This document shows, in pieces, positions 9,209 to 16,684 of a stretch of DNA of 32,858 nucleotides. A program made the translations under genes and the position numbers. Source of the DNA: Bradymonadia bacterium. GTDB taxonomy: Bacteria; Myxococcota_A; Bradymonadia; REDH01. The notes under the pieces are model-generated. The model had not been told where the DNA came from. It was given only the letters and a program-made list of their open reading frames with translations, and did not search any database. Position 1 is the first letter of the stretch. Each line of letters begins with the position of its first letter. The stretch lies in NCBI GenBank assembly GCA_044236985.1, contig JBIIFW010000001.1, positions 1 to 32,858 on the forward strand, given 5' to 3'.

Positions 9209-11038
9209 ATGGCCCGTCGCGCTCTGGCCTCTGCAGCGTGGGTGAGCTTCGACCTGTTCGACACACTGCTTCGGCGGTTGAAGGGGCCGGACGAGGTTGC
9301 CGCCGATGCAGCGTCGGGCTTCGCGGCGTTGGGACTGTCGCATTGGACGAGTGCCGATATCCTCAGCCACCGGCGAGCCTGGACGATTTCACGCGAGGCT
9401 GGCTACCCACACTCGGAGGCGGAGTGGAGCATCGCCGACTGGTACGAGGCGCTCGGAATCGCCATGGGCGTTGACGCTGCAACGGTGCGCGAGGCCGGCT
9501 GCCGCTGCGAACTGGAGGCTGAGATTGCCGCAACGGTGGTGCGTCCAACAGGACTGGCGCTGCTGCTCGAGGCGCGCCGGCTGGGCCGGCGCCACTTCGT
9601 CCTGAGCGACACCACGCTAACGGCAGGGCTGATCACCGCGCTGCTCGAAGCGCACGGCCTCTTCGGCCTTGAGATCGTGGCGTCCTCGGAGTGGCAGCGC
9701 TCGAAGCGGCGCGGGACCATCTTCGCGGAGGTGGAGGCGCGGCTGGGGCTCGACGGTTTGCGCGGGCTCCACATCGGCGACAACCTGAAATCGGACTTTG
9801 TGCGTCCGCTCCAGGCCGGCTGGCGTGCTGCGCACCTGCCCCTGACCGAGACCGAAGGAGAGCTGGACGCGGCGGCTCGGACGGTACTTCGCCACCTTAG
9901 CCCTGCGGCCGATGGGCGGCAGGAGCCTCTGGCAGGAGAGGCTGCCCACTTCGTGCTCGCGACGGCCGCGTGGGTCTGCCTGCAGGAGCGACTGCTCGCA
10001 GCCGAAGCAACGCTCTTTCTCGCGCGGGATGCAGAGCCGCTGCTGGCAGCCTGCGATGCGCTGCAGCCTGCAGTTGGGCAGCGCCACTACCTGCGGCTTT
10101 CGCGGCGGTCGGTTCTGCTCGCACATCCTGGCGATCTGCTCTTCCGTGTTACGCTGTCGGGCAAGATTGGGAAGCAGTCGTTGCGGGCCTTCGTTGCGGG
10201 TTTTGAGCTCCCCGATGGCGTTGCAGAGCGTTGGCTCAGGGAGCTTGGCAACGATGCCGATGCGCCGCTCAGCGAGGCGACCATCGCAGCATGGCAAGAG
10301 GTGCTCCGACGGAATGCGGCCGAGTACGATGCCATGAAGGAGGAGCAGCGTTTGCTGCTGGGCGACTACCTCCGAGCTGTTGTTGGAGTGCGTCGCAGGC
10401 TGCTGGTGGTTGACCTGGGCTGGGCAGGAACCATCCAGGACGCAATCGCTGCGGTGCTGCCAGCCTGCGAGGTGCACGGCTGCTATGCAGGTGTCACGCG
10501 TGGCGGTGAGCCCTCTTCTTCGCGGGCGTCGAAGCAGGGTCTCGTGTTCGATATCCCCGCGGGCAGAGGCGCTCCGCTGCTGGGGACAAGCGCAGGGGTG
10601 ATGCGCCTGTGGGAGCTGCTCCTCCGCGAGCCAACCGGCTCGGTGCGGCGGCTGGTGCGAGACGAAGCCGGCGTGGTTTCGGCGGAGCTCGACAGGCCAC
10701 CGCCGCTCACCGCCGCTGCACTCGAACTGGCACACGAGGCGCGGTCACGCCTTCTGGAAACGGCGCGCGTTGCCGGGCCTTCCTACGCGCAGCTGCTCGC
10801 GCTGCAGGATGATGTCTGCAGCCGGCTCCTCGAACGCATTGCCCGACGCGCCTGGGAGGGGTTGACGCTGCTGCCCGACGGCGCCTTCGCGCGGCGTATC
10901 CTTGATATCGAGATGGACGAAGGGGCGAGCCGTGGCGTGTTGACGACACTCGGCATTGGCGGGCTCCGCTCCGGCGTCAGTTGGTGGCCGGGGCTGGTGG
11001 TCGCCTCGCTCACCGGCCGCGGTGCAGGCCAGCCATGA
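9209..11038 (+). CDS. HAD-superfamily hydrolase-like protein (COG5610-type) with long uncharacterised C-terminal region
   Basis: 'VSFDLFDTLLRR' is HAD motif I (DxDxT), 15 aa after ATG 9209. 'FVLSDT' and 'LHIGDNLKSD' fit motifs II and IV. The ORF is open from 9056, and ATG 9101 is an alternative start. Confidence 0.65.
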   Translation: MARRALASAAWVSFDLFDTLLRRLKGPDEVAADAASGFAALGLSHWTSADILSHRRAWTISREAGYPHSEAEWSIADWYEALGIAMGVDAATVREAGCRCELEAEIAATVVRPTGLALLLEARRLGRRHFVLSDTTLTAGLITALLEAHGLFGLEIVASSEWQRSKRRGTIFAEVEARLGLDGLRGLHIGDNLKSDFVRPLQAGWRAAHLPLTETEGELDAAARTVLRHLSPAADGRQEPLAGEAAHFVLATAAWVCLQERLLAAEATLFLARDAEPLLAACDALQPAVGQRHYLRLSRRSVLLAHPGDLLFRVTLSGKIGKQSLRAFVAGFELPDGVAERWLRELGNDADAPLSEATIAAWQEVLRRNAAEYDAMKEEQRLLLGDYLRAVVGVRRRLLVVDLGWAGTIQDAIAAVLPACEVHGCYAGVTRGGEPSSSRASKQGLVFDIPAGRGAPLLGTSAGVMRLWELLLREPTGSVRRLVRDEAGVVSAELDRPPPLTAAALELAHEARSRLLETARVAGPSYAQLLALQDDVCSRLLERIARRAWEGLTLLPDGAFARRILDIEMDEGASRGVLTTLGIGGLRSGVSWWPGLVVASLTGRGAGQP

Positions 11039-12258
11039 AGATCGCGGTTCTCTCTCGGAGCGATGCCTCCGGCGGCGGCGCTGGCCGCGTTGCGGATGAG
11101 TTGTCGGCAGGCCTCCGCACAGCAGGCCACCGCGTGCTTCGCCTCTACCGCAAAGGCCAACCGGCGGCCGACCGCGACACGCTGGTCTTGCACGCGCTGC
11201 GCGGCGAACAGGCGTTGCGTCAGACGCTCGGCGTTGACCTTTCGTCGGCTCCGCTGCTGCTCGTGCTCGCCCGACACGGCATCGAGATGGTCCATTTTCA
11301 CGACCATCACATGGCCTTTGGCCTCCGCACCGCACAGGCGATTGCGGGGCGGCTTCCGACCTGTTTCACCTTCCACGACTACACGGGTTTCACCGGCGGC
11401 TGCCTCTACCCGGGTGCCTGTTCGCGGTACGATCGAGGCTGCGGCTCCTGCCCGGAGACCGGGCGCGGCGCGCAGCCCGCAAGGCTCGACCGTTCGGCCG
11501 CGACCTGGGACGCGAACCGGCGGTTCGGGGCGACCGCGGGTGTGGTCGGGATCTCGCCATCCTCTCACTTCGCAGAGCTCGCCGCGCGCGGGGCCTGGTT
11601 TGGTCGAGAGATCGAGGTCATCCCGAACGGGGTCGACACTGCGACCTTCTCGCCATCGGTGCGGGCGGCCTCGCGGGTTGCCGAAGGTGTCGGTGCGTCG
11701 GAGCGGGTTCTGCTCTTCGTTGCGGCGCAACTCGGCGACCCCCGCAAGGGGCTCATCGACCTCTGCAAGGCGCTTGCGCCCCGGTTTGCGCAGGACCCGA
11801 CGCTGACGCTCTGGCTCGTCGGCGGCGAGGACCAGTTGCCTCCCGACCTCGCGCTCCTTGGCGGCAGAGCGCGGCGCTTCGGTCGAATCGGGAGCAAGGC
11901 ACGGCTGGCGGAGCTCTACGCAGCAGCCGACCTGTTCCTGCTGCCGAGCCATGAGGACAACCTTCCCTGCACGGCGGTGGAGGCGCTCTCCTGCGGCACG
12001 CCGGTGATTGGGCGTCCCGTGGGCGGAATCGGGGAGATTTTCGAGCATGGCCGCAGCGGCCTGCTCGCGCGTGACCGCACGGTCGAGGCGCTCGGCTGGG
12101 CCATCGACCAGGGCCTCACGCAGCTCACCGGGCAGGATGGTCGGAGGGCAGCGCGGCGCTTTGCCGAACAGCGCTTCGGCATGGAGACCTTTGTGGCGCG
12201 CCATGAGGCGGCCTACGACCGGGCCGTCACAGCGTGGGCCGGTAAGGCGGAGCGATGA
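11035..12258 (+). CDS. Glycosyltransferase family 4 (GT-B, Glycos_transf_1 type)
   Basis: ATG 11035 overlaps the upstream TGA (ATGA). 'MKIAVLSRSDASGGGAGRVA' is a GT4-type N-terminus. 'LFLLPSHEDNLPCTAVEALSCGTPVIGRPVGGIGEI' is the EX7E retaining-GT signature. Confidence 0.85.
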   Translation: MKIAVLSRSDASGGGAGRVADELSAGLRTAGHRVLRLYRKGQPAADRDTLVLHALRGEQALRQTLGVDLSSAPLLLVLARHGIEMVHFHDHHMAFGLRTAQAIAGRLPTCFTFHDYTGFTGGCLYPGACSRYDRGCGSCPETGRGAQPARLDRSAATWDANRRFGATAGVVGISPSSHFAELAARGAWFGREIEVIPNGVDTATFSPSVRAASRVAEGVGASERVLLFVAAQLGDPRKGLIDLCKALAPRFAQDPTLTLWLVGGEDQLPPDLALLGGRARRFGRIGSKARLAELYAAADLFLLPSHEDNLPCTAVEALSCGTPVIGRPVGGIGEIFEHGRSGLLARDRTVEALGWAIDQGLTQLTGQDGRRAARRFAEQRFGMETFVARHEAAYDRAVTAWAGKAER

Positions 12259-14117
12259 GCGAGCAGAGGCAGGAGAGAGCCTCGCCGGAACGCGGGCCTT
12301 CCATCGCTTTCGGCATCTTCGCAGGGCTGCTGCTGCTCGCGCGGCTGCTGCGTCTCTCTGCAGAAGGGCTCTCGGCGAGCTTCGATTCGGCCATCTACAT
12401 CCGGAACCTCTGGGGCATCGCGCAGGGCGACTGGCATAACCCGCTGGTCAACGACCACATCTTCGGCGTTCATGGAAACTGGGTCCTCCTGCTTCTGGCA
12501 CCGCTCGTACGATTCGCCGACCCGGCATTGCTGCTGACGCTGTCGCAGGGCTTGGCGCTAGGCGCGACGGCGGGGCTCCTGCACTACGGGTTCTTGGAGG
12601 CGCTGGGCCAGCGCGCGAGCCGCGGTCGACGGTTGGCGGCGGCGACGCTGCTCAGCGCAGGGCTGCTGGCGGGGCCGGTGGCGATCAACCCATTTCTCTT
12701 CGACCTTCGCCCCGACATGCTGGGGCTCCCGCTGCTGCTCGCTGGTCTTTTGCGTGCACGGCGACAGGGCTTCGATGGTGCAGCACTGGCCTGGATGGGC
12801 GCCGCACTTTTTGTGCGCGAGGACTTTGGGATGGTGATCATCGGTGCGATGGCGACCGCGCCGTTCGGCCGCTCCTTGCTCTCGAACTGGCAGCGGCGCT
12901 GCGGCGTGATCGCGGCTGCGCTGGCCTTCTTCGCAATCTACTGGTTCGGCGTGCGGAGCTGGGTGGCACCGCAGAGCGTCGCCCGCGCAAGCAGCATCGC
13001 GTCGCAGATGCTGGACAACGCGAGCCCGCTGCCGGTGTCGCAGGTCATCGCCTACAAGGCTGAGATTTTGGCGGCGGTGCTGCTGGGCGGCGGACTGCTG
13101 CCGCTCTTCGGTTGGCGGTGGCTGGGCGTTGCAATGCCGGGCCTCGCCTTTCTGCTGATCCAGTCGCGCATGCAGGCCGACCTTCTCGACTTTCACTATG
13201 CGATTTTCGCCCTGCCCGGCTTGGCAATCGCCTCGGTGGATGGCCTCGAACGACTCGTCGCTAGGCCACGTCACGCACCGCTGCTGCTGATCTCAGCGGT
13301 CTGCATGGGCACACTGTTCGCGACGTCGAGCGCGCTTCCGGGTGGCGGGCGCCACTTCGCCTCGCGCGAGGCGGCGCGGAACGACGACGGCTCCCTACGC
13401 CTCACCGCGGATGGGCTGCCGCTCTACGAGGCGATGAATGCGATGGTGGCCGCGCTTCCCGCCAGCGATGGCGTTGCAGTGCCCTTCGCACTCTCTGCGG
13501 GCGCAGCCTCCCGCTCCACCATCGTGACGACGGAGCAGGTGAAACAGTGGGTCTCAAAGGGGGAGAAGTTCCCGCCGGACCTCCACTGGGTGGTGCTTTT
13601 CGGCAAGGACTTCGAGGGGCTCGGGAGCCGGCTGGTGAGCGAGCACGGCCTTCATTTGGTGACAACCGTGGATCAATCGCTCGCGGTGCTCACCGATCGC
13701 CCTGTACCGACAAACTGGGAGGCCTTCAGCCTTGCTGCGACGGGGTGCGCGCCCTGGGCGGAGTGGCCGACTGCAGGCGTTCGCCTCTGCACACCCGATG
13801 CTCGGCGTCCCGGCTGGTGGGTGGAGCGGACTGCGGGCGCAACGCTGCCTGCGCCAACCGACCTCTTCCTCGAGCCCGCCGGCGCCGCGCCCGTTCTCTT
13901 TCGAGGGGTGTCGGGGCTTGTTGCACTTTCGTCACTTCCCGTCGGTCGCGCGCTTCCTGTTCGCGGCGCGGACGGTTCGGGTGTATCGTTCAACGCAGCG
14001 GTGCTCGCAGCGCAAGGTCGTGCGATCTCCTGCCGCTCCACGGACGGCTCGAGCGGCCTTCGCTGCAACCTCCGCTCCATGCCTCCGACTCCGCCCGCTC
14101 AAGGCAAAGACCCATGA
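12255..14117 (+). CDS. Polytopic membrane protein, DUF2079-like (GT-C-like candidate)
   Basis: ATG 12255 overlaps the upstream TGA (ATGA). 'SFDSAIYIRNLWGIAQGDWHNPL...FGVHGNWVLLLLAPL' resembles the DUF2079 N-terminal signature; this is from memory and needs an HMM check. Many TM helices precede a ~200-aa soluble C-terminus. Confidence 0.65.
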   Translation: MSEQRQERASPERGPSIAFGIFAGLLLLARLLRLSAEGLSASFDSAIYIRNLWGIAQGDWHNPLVNDHIFGVHGNWVLLLLAPLVRFADPALLLTLSQGLALGATAGLLHYGFLEALGQRASRGRRLAAATLLSAGLLAGPVAINPFLFDLRPDMLGLPLLLAGLLRARRQGFDGAALAWMGAALFVREDFGMVIIGAMATAPFGRSLLSNWQRRCGVIAAALAFFAIYWFGVRSWVAPQSVARASSIASQMLDNASPLPVSQVIAYKAEILAAVLLGGGLLPLFGWRWLGVAMPGLAFLLIQSRMQADLLDFHYAIFALPGLAIASVDGLERLVARPRHAPLLLISAVCMGTLFATSSALPGGGRHFASREAARNDDGSLRLTADGLPLYEAMNAMVAALPASDGVAVPFALSAGAASRSTIVTTEQVKQWVSKGEKFPPDLHWVVLFGKDFEGLGSRLVSEHGLHLVTTVDQSLAVLTDRPVPTNWEAFSLAATGCAPWAEWPTAGVRLCTPDARRPGWWVERTAGATLPAPTDLFLEPAGAAPVLFRGVSGLVALSSLPVGRALPVRGADGSGVSFNAAVLAAQGRAISCRSTDGSSGLRCNLRSMPPTPPAQGKDP

Positions 14118-15565
14118 AGTTCAAGACGGCCCGAAGCCTCTTCCGCCCAGCTCTCCTCGCCGGCCTTGCACTTGGCACCTTCGCCACGCCCGCCGCCGTC
14201 TCCTCACACGGCATCATGGGTCACATGCATGTCACGGGGTGGGCCATCGAGAACCTGCCGCCAGGCGAGCTTCGCGACATGCTCACCGACCCCGAGGTGA
14301 TGAACGCTGCCATCTTCGGCTCCGCCTACACCGACTCCGGCTACTGGCCGAGGGGTTCTGTGGAGTCGCAGGCCCGAGCCTATGGCGAGCACACGCACTG
14401 GGAGCCATTCATTGAGGACTTCGTCACCTGGATCCGGGTGAACGATCCGCCTCCGTGGACCTCCCTCGAGTCCAAGAAGCGGTTCGCATTCATGCTGGGC
14501 TGCGCATCGCACGGCCTTCAGGACGAGATCTTCGACTCCATCTTCCTCGACCAGGTGGACTACCACGACAACGGCAACCAGGACATCGCCGACCCGGCGA
14601 CAGACGGCTTCCTCGCCATTGATGGCCACCTTCGGTTCATGCCGACGGAGTACTATCCGAAGGACACCGTTCTTGAGCTCTATCAGACGCTCAATATGGG
14701 CATCTCGGAAGAGACCGTCCGCTACGGCCTCGACGCAATGGAGACGCTCTATGTGAACCCCCGCAGCGGCTACGCAGTGGCGGCCGGCTTCGGGCGTCAG
14801 CACGGTGCCAAGCTCGGTTGGACGCGGGCCCACTACTTCGACGCCGATGTGCCGGGCAGCATCCGCAGCGAGATCCTTCCGACCATGCGCTACATGATCG
14901 CGCTCTGGGAGCGGGTGCAGGGGCAAAACTCCGCCGACAACCCGGTGCTCTTTCAGTACCCCGACGACGGCCGGTTCCTGCGCTCGCTCGACCCCGCAGA
15001 CCCCGCCTCATGGGTGACCATCGTCACTGCGGCGGCGGCGAAGGCCGACTTTGTAATGCCCGACTGGAAGCTCGACGACGGCACGCCGATTGCCTTCTCC
15101 AAGCACGGCACACACTGGGGTGGTCCCGATCAGTTTGCCCGTGTCATGCAGCTGCGCCCGTTGGAGCAGCTCCCCGCCGACCGCGCGTCCACCGTCAGCT
15201 GGAACTTCAACGGGCCGCTTATCAACGGTGAGGTCTCGACGGCCTCGGTGGTATTGCCCGTCCGGACCACCTGCATCGAAGGCAGCGGCGCATGCCCCAT
15301 CGGCTGCGATGCTCGCACCGGGTTCACATCACCCGAAGAGGTCGGAGCGGCTCTCGGCCGTCCGGCCTCCTGCCTTCCCGAACAAGAGGGCAGCGGCAGC
15401 GGCGCTGAAGTTGCTCCGACCGAGAGCAAGAAGGGCGACGGCGGCGGATGCCAAACGAGCAAGCCTGCCTCTGCCTGGGGCCTGCTCTGGTTCGCTGCGG
15501 CGCTGCTCGGGCTGCGGTCAGCGCGGTCGGCGCGCCGCCACCAGGATGCTGCCGCCAAAGGCTAA
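14114..15565 (+). CDS. Secreted zinc-dependent phospholipase C-like protein with MYXO-CTERM-like sorting tail
   Basis: ATG 14114 overlaps the upstream TGA (ATGA). The signal peptide is 'MKFKTARSLFRPALLAGLALGTFATPAAVSS'. His-rich metal motifs are 'HGIMGHMHVTGW', 'EHTHWEPF' and 'CASHGLQDEIFD'. The C-terminal 'GGGCQTSKPASAWGLLWFAAALLGLRSARSARRH' reads as Cys, then a hydrophobic helix, then an Arg cluster. Confidence 0.6.
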   Translation: MKFKTARSLFRPALLAGLALGTFATPAAVSSHGIMGHMHVTGWAIENLPPGELRDMLTDPEVMNAAIFGSAYTDSGYWPRGSVESQARAYGEHTHWEPFIEDFVTWIRVNDPPPWTSLESKKRFAFMLGCASHGLQDEIFDSIFLDQVDYHDNGNQDIADPATDGFLAIDGHLRFMPTEYYPKDTVLELYQTLNMGISEETVRYGLDAMETLYVNPRSGYAVAAGFGRQHGAKLGWTRAHYFDADVPGSIRSEILPTMRYMIALWERVQGQNSADNPVLFQYPDDGRFLRSLDPADPASWVTIVTAAAAKADFVMPDWKLDDGTPIAFSKHGTHWGGPDQFARVMQLRPLEQLPADRASTVSWNFNGPLINGEVSTASVVLPVRTTCIEGSGACPIGCDARTGFTSPEEVGAALGRPASCLPEQEGSGSGAEVAPTESKKGDGGGCQTSKPASAWGLLWFAAALLGLRSARSARRHQDAAAKG

Positions 15566-16363
15566 CTCTTCGCCTCGCGCGACAGCATCAACCTCGCCTG
15601 AGAGCAGGGAGCGGATGGCGCGATCGGCCAGCCCGGGTTTGTGGTCGCGCGCAACCGACGCTGCCGTCGGAGCGGCTGGCGCAATGCCGGCGCGGTAGGG
15701 GAGCGCGCGCAAGAGGCCGATGAGCGGCGGCAGCGGCCGGAAGAAATGGCCGAGGTAGCACCTCTCGAAGCCTGCCTCTTCGAGCAGTCGCGACATCGAG
15801 GCTCCTGTGTAGCGGCGGTGGTGACCTGCGGCGGCATCTTCGTGTGACCAGAGCAGCGGGTAGGCGGGTACCGAGATGAAGAGGAGCCCGCCCGGGCGGA
15901 GCGCACGACGGGTCTCTCGCAAGAACCCAACATCGTCGGCGATGTGCTCGACCACATCGAACATCCCCGCGCCGGCAAGGCATCCGTCGCGAAACTGGCA
16001 GCTGTCGAGGGTACCCTCGACGACGGAGGAGAGTCCGCGAGCATGGGCGCGGGCGGCGCCCTGCGGCCCGGGTTCCACGAGCAGCGTGGGGATCCCCAGG
16101 GCCTCGACGGCCAGTGCCACGAAGCCATTTCCTCCGCCGATATCGGCGAAGGGCGCGCCACCAAGTTCCTCGCGGTAACGAGCAATCAGCGCCGTGAGGA
16201 CCGCGTTGCGGTGGTTGAACCAGAACGAGTTCTCCTCCACAGCGAAGCAGGAAGCGTTTCCATCCGCGGGATAGGAGATCGCCTCCGCCTCCGGCGGGCG
16301 CCAGATACCATCGACACCGCGTTCGATGGACGATGCAAACTGTGTGAGGTCGAGGCTCTTCAC
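15518..16363 (-). CDS. Class I SAM-dependent methyltransferase (paralog of 5488-6252)
   Basis: 'FADIGGGNGF' is motif I. 'MFDVVEHI' and 'LLFISVPAYPLLWSHEDAAAGHHRRY' align block by block with the 5488-6252 product. The 3' end overlaps the convergent gene by 48 nt. Confidence 0.8.
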   Translation of the reverse strand: MKSLDLTQFASSIERGVDGIWRPPEAEAISYPADGNASCFAVEENSFWFNHRNAVLTALIARYREELGGAPFADIGGGNGFVALAVEALGIPTLLVEPGPQGAARAHARGLSSVVEGTLDSCQFRDGCLAGAGMFDVVEHIADDVGFLRETRRALRPGGLLFISVPAYPLLWSHEDAAAGHHRRYTGASMSRLLEEAGFERCYLGHFFRPLPPLIGLLRALPYRAGIAPAAPTAASVARDHKPGLADRAIRSLLSGEVDAVARGEELAFGGSILVAARRPR

Positions 16364-16463
16364 CCAATCGGGGTACCATCCGGCTCATGCGAAGGCAACC
16401 TGCGCGGCGGGCCCTCGGTCGCTTGGCTTGCACCTGCATTCCGAAGGCAGTAGCCCTGCGCTT

Positions 16464-16622
16464 GATTTGGTTCTCTCCCTGTTCTGAGGGCGGGCCAAGC
16501 GGGAATCTGGTGAGACTCCAGAACTGACGCGCAGCGGTGTGAGCGATACCCCCTCACCACGACACTGGGACAACCGGGAAGTCGAGGGGGCCGAGAGCTC
16601 GAGTCCGAAGACCGGCCAGATC
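16464..16622 (+). promoter_or_regulatory. Cobalamin (B12) riboswitch aptamer
   Basis: The core 'AAGCGGGAATCTGGTGAGACTCCAGAACTGACGCGCAGCGGTGTGA' matches the conserved GGGAA..GGTG.AA..CC...C.G.C.CGCA.C.GT.A block. The B12 box is 'GAGTCCGAAGACCGGCC' at 16601-16617. A closing P1 helix pairs GATTTGG (16464-16470) with CCAGATC (16616-16622). The element lies directly upstream of a TonB-dependent receptor. Confidence 0.85.
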
Positions 16623-16684
16623 CTCCGTGAAAGCGGAGCGTACGACCTCCCTCGCGCTCGGGGACATCGCTTAAGGACAACGCG

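Noticed and set aside
9617-12204. Long minus-strand ORFs (9617-10735, 10783-12204) opposite the HAD and GT4 genes. The same pattern occurs at 782-1588, 20355-21458 and 30871-32109.
   Set aside because: All are antisense to genes with clear family motifs. They lack motifs themselves and have the Arg/Pro/Gly-rich composition of GC-driven open frames.
13547-14113. N-terminal extensions offered by the ORF track. Examples are 13547 for the PLC-like gene, 5633 and 9370 for the membrane proteins, 9056 for HAD, 18436 and 19974 for the lipoproteins, and 27083 for the FeoB-associated protein.
   Set aside because: The extensions are Arg/Gly-rich, overlap the upstream gene extensively, and precede obvious signal peptides, lipoboxes or first TM helices. 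Internal ATGs that form ATGA overlaps, or that are preceded by an SD, are much more plausible starts.
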